The notes under the pieces were generated by a model. That model was given only the letters and a program-made list of their open reading frames with translations. It ran no database searches and was not told the origin of the DNA. This document shows, one piece after another, positions 38,624-49,800 of a stretch of 64,000 nucleotides of DNA. This DNA is from Antedon mediterranea (Eukaryota; Animalia; Echinodermata), in contig NC_092671.1 of NCBI RefSeq assembly GCF_964355755.1, positions 2,976,001 through 3,040,000 on the forward strand. Reading direction: 5' to 3'. A program made the position numbers and the translations under genes. Each line of letters begins with the position of its first letter. The first letter of the stretch is position 1.

Positions 38624-39153
38624 ACATAACGTTTTTTTAAATATTATATTCAAGCCCTTAAAATGAAAATTCTAGAGGTTCCTAGATAAATCGGGAGGGT
38701 TGAAACTGTGCATGGTCCATGGATGACTTTAAATGCAACAGTAAAATTATGCAGAATATGATACCATAATATTTAATAATGGCATTGTTGGCAATGGAAA
38801 TACTAACAAACAATGCCAACAATGGCAAATGCACATTTTAATAATTTTTTTACAGCACATGACTGTATATAATTTACAAATTAAATGTTCTGATTATTTA
38901 CCTGGCGTTTATGCCATTTATCATCAGTACAAGAAAAACAGATAACTCCTACTAATATTCTAGGCCTACTACTCTCAACTAGCTAGGCCTATCTATTCTC
39001 TCCTCATTCTCACATGTCATGGCCTAGAGTTGTACTTTACCTAGCTAGACTGGACTGATCCAGCAAGACTTAGCGCCGTAGTCTTGCTAGGCCTAGCCTA
39101 CGTAACTAGTCAAACTAAGGATGATGAAAACGCAATTGTTAAATACCATTAAA

Positions 39154-39690
39154 ACTTACCATTCACTGCAACTAGATTAGTGTAGGGTCAGCATTTATCT
39201 GCGAATGAAAACAGGTAATGTCTGTCCTCTGAATTTTATTCTACATCCATAGAATTCAAAGTAAAAAAATCTGATTCTCAGAACAGAAATAGTATTTTCT
39301 ACGGACTTGAATGGCCTCTCCGATCCGACGCTTCAACAAACTTCCGCAATTTATCCAATCAAACGTTGATTCATAACGGTATTTATGATTGGGCAGAATA
39401 TGTATACATAGGGAAGTTCCGGTTCTAAATATCCTCTCACAGTGGCTGTTCGATCGATGGCGTGTGTATTTCTCGGAACCTGGGAAGGTGTTCACCCCGC
39501 CCCCCACAACTAAATATGGATACATCAATACCAAATTTGGAGCTTAGCATCATATCCGGATTTTAAATACCATAGGTAACAACGCTATTAAGTATTATAC
39601 ATTATATCATTTGAGGTTGAAATGAGTTCATATTATATCAGAGGATAAACAGAAAATGATAATTTCGACGAAAACAAGATTTCTTAGAAA
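39154..39690 (-). promoter_or_regulatory. Putative STAT promoter and 5' non-coding exon with GAS cluster
   Basis: Donor ATG|GTAAGT (39154-39159), CpG-richer sequence, GC box CCCCGCCCCC near 39495, TTCNNNGAA at 39275, 39470, 39664 and 39681. Confidence 0.55.
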
Positions 39691-40249
39691 TCACAAACGC
39701 AAGGGCTTCTCCTGTAAATTCTGATAATACTTTTATTAATAGACCTATATTCCTTAGACCACATTTCAGTACCTACAATTCCAATAATGTTTGTCAAATG
39801 GTGTGTGACGTTCTTTCCCATATAGTTCTATTTTATCTAATTAAAGGTCTACTTAAAATTATTGGATTTCGTAGAATTTCACAAAAAAAACTCCATATAT
39901 TTTACTCATAGCCCTAAACTTGCCAAACAAGAAATCGGCAATCAAGTTAATCGATAAAATCCATCAATCAATAAAATTCATAAATCAATCAACCAATTTG
40001 GTATTTGTAAAACCGTGATTTTTTACTACATGGACCTATTGGTGTGAATTCTAGTCTTCTTAAAGGCACTCTTTGAGCTAACTTACTATAGAATAAATAA
40101 ATTATAGTTTTAGTGATCATTACACTCCAGGTCATTTTAGGGTAAATATGCATGAATAACTGATTGGTCAGATATTTATTACAGCTCAAACGTAATTTTA
40201 TTTTACTAATATATATTAAGCACATGAGAATACTTACGTATTCTCGGAT

Positions 40250-40312
40250 AGGTCTCGAACCCACGACCTCCAGATCACAAGTGGCGTTCATACCTCTAGA
40301 CCATCGATCATT
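40250..40312 (-). mobile_element. tRNA-derived SINE head / tRNA pseudogene
   Basis: A-box TGGTCTAGAGG and B-box GGTTCGAGACC; no complete cloverleaf. Confidence 0.55.
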
Positions 40313-40439
40313 GAGGGATTTCATTATGCGCTGAATGGATTACGTAAGAATTAGGACAAACAGCTGACCAATCAACCATGGATTATTCTTTAATCCATGA
40401 ATCAACTTAGCTTTCCGATGACGCAAAGCTCTTGGTAGT

Positions 40440-40470
<31 letters not shown>

Positions 40471-41365
40471 GAAAGGCGGCAACTACAGTAGGCCCACTTC
40501 TCCCTCCAAAAATACACCCAATTCCTAAACTGATTGCCTAAACAATTCTTATCCGGTTCTCATATTACGTAGGCAACTGATTGGTCACAAAAATGATTAC
40601 GTTCGCTGCTTTCGTCGTGATTTTTAGTTGATTACGTCACATTGTAGACCTATTCACACAGTTTTGTTACTCAAAGTAAATTACAATTGCATTATGACGT
40701 CAGAAAGATCGTAGGCTAATTAAAGCTTGCAATTCCTCTATGATTCCAGTGAGAACGTTAATCTAAACTTGTCCACAAAACATGAAAAAAAGATGAATAA
40801 AATCTAGCTTTGAATACGCCGCCATACTTTGTAGTTTTAACAAACTGTTTTTGCTTTAAAAAAAAAGTAAATATAAAAAAGACAACATAAACAATTCACT
40901 TCCAGAAATGGGCTTTCGTTTACTTTTTTTCATGAGGTTTTTAACACATGCGAAATAGGTGCGGAATATACATCTCCAATATATCTGCCCTTTCTAACGG
41001 ATAATAAGTCGTATAACGATGAAAACTTATGCCTGTAAAACCATGGCAAAACTAAGAGTAATGTACGGTGTTAAACCCCTCCCTCTTCTTAACCTAACCA
41101 TTTGTCTTATGCTTCCTCAAATGTGGAATGATAGGAACATAATCATGTTGTACTATATACTACATTAAAATAATTGTTTAGCAACACATTTTATCGATTG
41201 TATTCAACTTTTCTATTTATAGTCTACTGTACTTAGGTAATGGTAACAAATATTCGAGTTGTTGCTCTCTTCTCGGAGAGTAGGCCAATGTCGGTTTATC
41301 TAGTTAAGCTATGCACGAAATAGACCCCTAAATTAATTGAAATTAAGTAAAAAATCATGATAGAA

Positions 41366-41590
41366 ACTTACCAAAACGCTGTCTGTAATGTGATCTGCTG
41401 TTTCTATTCTTTATACAGAATAAGACATATGCATCTTAAAAGATGAAAATAACTGTTCAAAGAATATCTTAAATTGATTAATCATCGATATAATGAAGAC
41501 ACTTAGCGATGGTTAATGTGATAATCGACCGGCACTGTACGTTATGGATGTATTAATAGCGAAGCAACGAGAAGGGGACTTCCCCAGAAA
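41366..41590 (-). promoter_or_regulatory. Possible upstream alternative STAT first exon with kappaB/N4-GAS composite
   Basis: Donor TTG|GTAAGT (41366-41371); GGGGACTTCCCC (41574-41585) overlaps TTCCCCAGAA (41580-41589). Confidence 0.4.
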
Positions 41591-42089
41591 ATACTTCAAT
41601 TCCAAGTCTGAAATTGATTATATTAAGGATGAACAAAGGCTGTAACATTAGAGAGATGATGATGTTGTGATGATGCGTTTCTGGGTTCCACAATCTTCAC
41701 TGAACATCCAATGATAAAAATTAATCGACTGCGGTTTTATTTTGAGCAGTGCCTTAAAATTGACCCCTTTGGTAGGGGTGTCTCAAAGGAGGGGGGGGGG
41801 GGGGGTGGTTGTGCTGTAATAATGTAATACAAAACTTAATGAATTGACATTATATACAGTAGTTTTAGAGGACATCTCCATATATGTTGTTACACTACAG
41901 ACAATCGCTATTCAAGGGGGACACATCTCGTAATATGGGAACACTATTTTATGAAGTGTCCTCTTCATAGGGGTTCATCTATAATGTAACAAACATAAAC
42001 AGCTTCTATAATTTAACAAGGACCGATTTTCGATTTCAATGGATACAATTTAGATAAATTAACGAGGGCGCAATAATATTGATCAATAT

Positions 42090-42150
42090 AATACAAGAAA
42101 GACAGGTGGACACTAAAGTGTACGTGCTGTTAAAAATATGCAAATTTATT
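42090..42150 (-). terminator. Putative NAB polyadenylation signal
   Basis: AATAAA on the minus strand at 42145-42150, followed about 40 nt downstream by a GU-rich element (TGTCTTTCTTGT); implies a 3' UTR of about 4.2 kb. Confidence 0.45.
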
Positions 42151-42342
42151 GTGATCTTTTGGTAGTAATATAAAATGAATGTTACACAGAAATATACTTT
42201 GAAATAATTTAACTTGTTGGTGCTAAAACAGTCTACTACGGAGAGGACATAATACTATAATCATTTTATACAACAGTTATTACACGTGACACAGGAAACA
42301 ATTAACATGGTAGAAATAACCTTTGGAACAAAGTGATCTTAA

Positions 42343-42799
42343 AGGGTAGCTCCGGGGGTTAAAATTAATATTACAAATAAATCTTTGATAATGACTCCCA
42401 CCTATTTTTCGTCAGCAGTTAAGCAAAGCAAGAACCGTGAAATAAGGCCTTTACCAAAAAAAAAGTGGTGCTACCGGAATTGTTCGTATCATTATAAGAC
42501 TTTAATTTAATTACAGTTATTACCCAGTTCCATATTTGTAATAAAATTAGTATTTTTCTATGTAAAATTGATTCTTCTTTCGATTTAATACTTTTTTAAA
42601 GAAAGAAAATGCCTTAAATTTAAATAAATGAAGCAAATTTGCCATATTTTTAGAAAGAGAAAAAGATCATGTAGCACTACCCGTACTTCAAAAAATTAAT
42701 TCTGCTTGACAAAATTGAAAATGAGTGATAATAAAATAGTTGTTGCAAAGGATTATATTATAAAATTAACAATAAAAACTTCATACCCGGAGCTATCCT
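42343..42799. mobile_element. Kolobok-like non-autonomous element in the NAB 3' UTR region
   Basis: TTAA|AGGGTAGCTCCGGG...CCCGGAGCTATCCT|TTAA; older relative at about 53494-54260. Confidence 0.75.
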
Positions 42800-44390
42800 T
42801 TAAACAAAGTGAGAGAGTAAAAATCATGAACTACATTTGTGTATTACACTTGTACACTAATAACATGATAATTTCTGGGCACTTAAATGGCGGTCACACC
42901 ATAATAAATGTACCCGATGTGAAGCTGTGTAGGATATCGATGTTCACGATGAGTGAACTCTAAAGCCTAAATACTACACGAGGATGAATTATAAAGATAC
43001 TTATTTTTATCTTTTTGGAAGGCTTCTTCCATGGTTTTTCCATATAATCGGAAATTATTTTTTTTGTACAGTACGATGTAATGTTTTATAAAGCACCTAA
43101 ATATGACCATACAAAAAAAAATACCAAAGAAAAAAGTTAAAAAAAAAAAACACATTATACATAAACATGTATAGCCTTAAAAACAACCTAACAAAAATGA
43201 TGATTACCATATTATGTATACGTTTGAAACCTAAAGTTTCACACAAGGTTACTTTTACATGAAGGTAACAATGAAACCATTTTAAATACATTACAACTAC
43301 AACTATTAAAGGGGACACCTTTGGAACATAATAAAATGTCATTTAGTGGTACCTCCTGAATAGAGAGGGAGCAACTATAGTCAGTGTTAAACATATATTG
43401 GCCCCCTTTGGATGAGAAAGTGTCATTTTAATAGAGGTGCTCCCTTAATAAAAATAATGTTCCAAAGATGGGGTTCTACTATAAAACTACATAGAGTATT
43501 TGTAATTTTCTCAGAAATTCCTGTTATCACAGAAATGATAAATATTTATCAAGTTAATTATCTAGGACTCTTGTGGATGTTTTATTCATCAGTAATGTAA
43601 TCTATCATCTATATTTCATTATAAATTTATAAAACCTATTTCTGCCCGCTCTAGTCCCAACATGATTACACCTGCTAATATAGTAAACAATGCACAGAAT
43701 AAAATAAAACCAGGGTAAACTGCAAATAAAAGATGGAATACATTGAGAATTCAACATTTCGATATACTTGATAATTTTCAAGAACCTAAATCTTTAAAGT
43801 GATCAAATAGATAGAAATGTTCTAAAAAATGTGTTCTGTCTTTTTATTTGAAGATTTGTTTTATTTTATCAAATTATTCTGTGGATATTCTGTATATATG
43901 CGCAGAATCAACAAAAGTTATTAATAATAAATAACAATACCAACAACTTTACAAAAACAAATGAAAACAAGAAACTCTCTGAAGAGAAATAAAGCGACTT
44001 AATGTCGGCAATTTTTTAAAAACAGGCTTTTTAGTTAGCACAGAAATCTCGGACCTGTCCAAGGATGTCTAGTTTTGGGAACATTGACCAAGCCATTGGT
44101 CAAATTTATACCCAATTGGCTACATTGTGGTGGACCATTGAGAACGTCTTGACGTTTTGATTGTTATACTACAAAAATGGAAATGCACAGTGTACCACAT
44201 ACTTTACAAATAACAAAACCAACATTCATAAAGTTCAGAAAGAAAAAAATAAAAGTAACAATTTTGTTAAATGGTCATTGTTAACGCGTCCTATTCAACT
44301 GTTACAAAATGCAATAGAAAAAACAGAGTAATATCAGTATATCCAAAACTAAAATAACACAACTACTTTAAAGTAGACATAATAGTGTAA

Positions 44391-44616
44391 GGGACGATGT
44401 TCAAATTAGTCTACTGCAGTTACTGCAGAAAACTAAATATTTTTTACTCTTTAACCTTGTTTATGCATTTAAATTAGTTAGCAAGATTCTGTTTGATAAT
44501 CAAATACGCTGTTTATTGTAGCGACTGCCTCATAAACTTATACATTGAAACAAACTAAAATCGGTAAAAAGGTAGTTACTGCAGTAACTGCAGTAGAATC
44601 ATTTTGACATGATCCC
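44391..44616. mobile_element. MITE with imperfect TIRs of about 45 bp
   Basis: TCTACTGCAGTTACTGCAG versus CTGCAGTAACTGCAGTAGA. Confidence 0.65.
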
Positions 44617-46383
44617 AAACATCAATAACTATTCACATAATATGTATATTATATTTATCACTAATTACAGCTTTTCAAATTCTGTACATTTTGATTATTT
44701 TTTTGAAAGCTTTAGATTGTACAAAGGCTAAAAGCCTAAATGAAAATAAGGAATTCATAATAATGGACACAAATCCATATAAGGAACGGAATTAATGCAA
44801 TTTAATATAATCATTATCTTATTTGTTAAATAACTATCTTTTAATATATAATATATAAATATAGACTATGACATCATCAGCACATTTTATTTATAAAGAT
44901 CTGAGACAACAAAACAATTTTCTAATTTGTCAATAATCATAGGCAAATTCTGTGTTCACATGTGATGCTTGTATCCTAGGCCATATGCTTAACCTAAACA
45001 AAATACAGGTATCACATGTGATAGATATGTGACACTGTATTACAGAATGTGGCTATGATACTGGCCAAACTACGCCATATGTGTACATACAGTTAATCAT
45101 AGTATTCCTTAGGTCATCTTTTGTGTTTTAATGAGGGGTGCATCTATATGGGTTTTAAATCAATACACTATAAGCAATGAAATCCATACTATACCATTTA
45201 TACAATTTTCATATATCTAATATTTTAATAAGATTTTTATATTATATCTAGTATTTTAATAGGATCTAGTCTATGCCAACATGATGGCACCCATGGAGTA
45301 TGTATTACACATTACACATTGTACTAGTTATTTAGTACACCTTTCTGTATGTGGTATATGCTCAAATCATTATCCACCCATTCTTCTATCAAATTTAATC
45401 TCACCACCCCCAATTATAAACCCCTTCTAAATCTGGAAAATCATACATCTATAGAAAGCAGTTTCTCAGAACATTTGTGTGTGGTTTTACGATTTGTGAT
45501 ACAAATTACAATTTTGTTGTTTACAATTTCTGTATTAAATTCATCATACTATGGTTTAATGATTGATTAGTACTCCCACAAATTTGACATTAAAAAAAAC
45601 ATTGTTTTGATCACTATTATACAATATTAAAATCATGATTTAGATTCATGAATTAAACATACAGTACGCTGATTTCTTATACAAATCACCGAATCAGATA
45701 AAAATTATGAGGTTTTTTATCCGATAAATTTATGATAAAATTGCGTTTGTACAATTAAAATCATGATTTCGATTAATTAATCAGCTGACTTCGGTAAAAA
45801 TCACAGATTTTAATTAATATATTTCTTTTAACCGATATATTTATGAAAGAAATCATTTTTTTGAATTAAAAGCATGATAGTTTCATATCTAAAAACAATG
45901 GTAGGATTTGACTAAACCTTTAAAGGGGACACGCCTTTGGGGGTTAAAGCGTACAGTAAATTGACCCTAATTCATTTCATGGGAAAGTGTCCGTTTATTA
46001 GAAATCTCTACTGAATAGGGTGTCCCAAGGAGGAATTCTACTATAAGTAGTATTCACGATTCAGTTTTCTAAGGTGGGACTAATTCTGACTATTACTATA
46101 ATCATACAGTAGTTGTGATTTTCCATTCCGATAAATTTTAATGTAAAATGGGTGTTAGTGTCACTATAGTGAAGATATTCTTTTATAAAGATTACAAATG
46201 AAAGTTACTGCATATTGAATGAATACTACTACCCATGTGTATATGTCACTGTTAAACTATTATTAATATTTGTGTTAGATTAATATTTTTAATAATTTGG
46301 TTGCCTCCTTTAATTTGGTTCTACCTTAATTAATTTCACAGTCACTTTGATTGGCTATGTGTTTGTTAGATCGATTAGTAAAC

Positions 46384-46805
46384 TCATTCCCCTGCTGTTA
46401 TTGGTTCTTTTTTTGTTAGATTGATAATTTCATTAATAGCCGTCTCTGAAGCCTCGTCTACTGCTGTTTCATTATTAATGAAAGGAGAACCGTTTTGGGG
46501 TTCTGTACTGTCCTCTACTCCTTCCAATTCTTGCGCAACACCCGCCATCTCACTGTCGGATTTCCTACCATTTGTGGCATGGTTTTCCGTGTCTTGTGTC
46601 AATTCGGGGTAGGCGTGTTGTTGCGCTAATCGCAGCCCTTCTCCTACTAACGTATGCCTCATTAATAGTTTCTGTGTTTGACCTTGCTTGACCTTTGGCA
46701 TCATTGACACATACGGGGATGTGTTTAACGTCGTGGCATCCACGGCATGATGATCTTCTGGCATGGGCGATGAGGTAGCACTTCGGTTACCACTATCATT
46801 ATCAC
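46384..46805 (-). CDS. NAB: NAB terminal coding exon (DNDSGNRSATSSPMPED...HTLVGEGLRLAQ...TKKEPITAGE*)
   Basis: CAG acceptor 46806-46808, TGA stop; EGLRLA motif as in the vertebrate NAB2 C-terminus. Confidence 0.88.
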
Positions 46806-49800
46806 CTGAAAAGATAAAATAGTTTAAAGATGATGAGCTACAATATGCTTATGAATAATAGTAATGCATTTGGAATTAAGATTAGTGGAGCTGTAGCTTA
46901 GTGGTTAACATGCTCGCCTTCCAATCCAAAGGTCCAGGATTCATTCCTGACCTAGTGCCACTCACAACTCTTTCAACTCCACTACCCAAGCCTCAAATGA
47001 GACTTAGTAAATTATAAAATAGATCAATTATCAATCCCGTCATTGGAAAATAGTAGTACAAAAGTACAAAAATGAAGATTAGGTTGGTGGGTCTGAGGGT
47101 AGTTGGGTATCAAAATGACCAGATTTTTAATGGAAAGTAACTACTACTAAGATGGGAGACAGGTACCCACCCTATTTCTTCTATTTCATTTCTGTGAAAA
47201 ACAACTTAATTTTGTGGATATGATTGCTTGAATGCAATGCAAGGGTCTAACTAAGCGCAAATCAAGGATGTAAGTGCAACGCAGGTAACTTGACCAGTCA
47301 TGACACGCTGAATAATAACTGTCACTTGTGATTGGTCAACTCGCTTGCACTGCATGTATGCCACGCAAAAACCAAGCTTTAGAGATACCATCGAGATATA
47401 ATGCCAATGACGAGGAATATACATACCTTCATGAGATTTTACACTTGAGTTTCCAATGTCACCAATGACCTCATCAAAATCACCATATGCTCTGGCTTTA
47501 GCATCATAGTACCTGAAGTAAAATATCATACACTGTAAAAATATGCATTTAAATTACGTGAACATGCTATCTGGAAAACCATCTAAACCGAACATAAATA
47601 AAATCTAATATGATAGAAATTTGTATCATAATATCTAATGCCAGTTTTCCACTAGGCGAATAAAAAATCTCTTAGCTTGGATTTTTGGCAAAAAAAGCAC
47701 AGTAGACGAAAATATGAATACATATCCGCATATTTCAATCACTGTAAGTTTATTCATAGAAGGTCTACCAAACATGTTACTGTATATATATTTTGATATG
47801 CATGAATAAATTCACCTAGTAGAAAACAGGCCTAAGTCTAAATGTAGCCAATCTAATACTATAGCTTCATAAACCACCTTTGTTCAAATTAGGTCACATA
47901 GAAGAGAGACGACAACGGGATTTTAATTGAGTATATAAATACATAAAATAGATTATTATCGCAAACAAAAACCAGTTAGAAAATGATATGTATACAAAAA
48001 TAAAAACATGGATACTGCCTTAGTAATTAGGGTTTTTCACCTTGCAGGTTGTTGTATATTGTCAGCTGGTTGCGGGCCGTGACCATCTTGTTGTGGCGTT
48101 CCTCCATGTGACGCAATTCGAACGACAGGTGATTTAGGCCTAGGTAGTAATAGTAGTACTATTATTATTGATTTTACCAGCCATTAGGTTTATAAATTGT
48201 TTATATTACTAAGCTAACCCATTTAGTTGTATATACTTTATTAAATTTATTTATCAAAGTTACCAAATGTACCATGCCAAAACAAAAAAAAACTTTAATA
48301 AATGTTAGTTAAGTATTCTGTTACATAGCAAAATATTTTTTAAAATTCCACCACTAAATATAGTGCAGTACACTCAGTAGTACAAATTTAGGCAGTGAAA
48401 TACTAGAGAGTTTTAGATTTCCATCGACCAACGAAGTAAGTACATAAATTTACTGTGTGGATGCAAAGATATTGGGACTTGTTCCTTTCTTCCCAACTCA
48501 ACGCAGTTTTGATGACTTCTGGTTTAGAAGATCGACGACCGATTGACCTGACCTGGGTCATCGGTCATCAAAACTGCACTTACTCTTTCATATAGTGCAT
48601 TTTTTTGTATTCTTACTGCCCAATATATGCCTTCAATTCATTTGATAATAAGCCCCAGTTTTGTCCTCCTCGCCCCACCCCACTCTCACAATGGTAGAGT
48701 CCATTATGGGTAGTTATTGTCCCGAGTGGTTATCTTTCTCTTCCCATTCTAACAATGGTAGAGTCCATTATGGGTAGTTATTGAACCGAGTGGACATCCT
48801 TCTCTCCCCAATCTAACAATGGTAGAGTCCATTGTGGGTGATTATTGTCCAATTTCCGTGTGACTGTATGTGGAATTTTCTGATTAAAAGCAACTAATTG
48901 ACCATCATTTTTAATGTAGTAGTTTACCTATCTGATCTGCGTTGTTTCTTAATTAAATCTGTCTGTTCTGTCATTAGCATTAACTGTTGCGTAGTGAGTT
49001 TTTCCAACTCAATCTGCAGATCGTAAACTGCTTGTAGATTCTCGTTCTCTTTAGCATTCTGTATGTCGGCTTTAATATTATTTTGTGTTTGTTTTATCTG
49101 ACTGAGCTGTGTGGAGATCTCATTCATTCGTTCCTGGAAATAAAATGAATAGAAAGATTATTGTAAAAGTACGCTCTTACAACAATATAATTCACACTCA
49201 AAAGAAAATGAATGGAAAAACAATAATGCGTGCATTGAGTAACAATGGACAGATGTCGATAGATACAAATTAAAGCTAACTAAAAATGAAAAAGTAAACA
49301 GAAACAAGCTTATTTGTAGTAACATTCGTTCCATTTCTCAGGGTTAGAAAGAAAAGAGTAACATTTAAAACAAGAAGGGCATGACTGATTTGAATTGTTG
49401 TAATTAAAATCAATGAATAAACAACAAATTCATAGAAACAGTGTGCCTATTTTGGAGCATGAATCATGTACCTGTACATTGTCACATCAAGATACAGTAG
49501 AATCCCTATTAGGGAGACACTTTCATGATCCAAAAGTGTGTCCCCTTATTAGGTGGCCCTTGAGTAAGGTGTGTCCCCTTATTAGGTGGCCCCTGAGTAA
49601 GGTATGTCCCCTTATTAGGTGGCCCCTGAGTAAGGTGTGTCCCCTTATTAGGTGGCCCCTGAGTAAGTATATTCTTAAGGAGAGGCTGTTCTAATTTGAT
49701 TATGGTGATTTATTTCGATACAAACACAGAAAAGAACAAACGGAAAATGCAATTATTTGTTATGATTCCAGGAATAGCTCTCTAAATTTCCAGATGGATT

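Noticed and set aside
39256-39534. 92-aa ORF with RRIGEAIQV, resembling a GIY-YIG C-terminal motif
   Set aside because: No GIY/YIG motif or adjacent RT; the region is better explained as promoter or 5' UTR.
46886-46960. Functional tRNA genes here and at 5514, 38440 and 40250
   Set aside because: Acceptor, anticodon or T stems are broken; better explained as SINE heads or pseudogenes (tRNAscan-SE would settle this).
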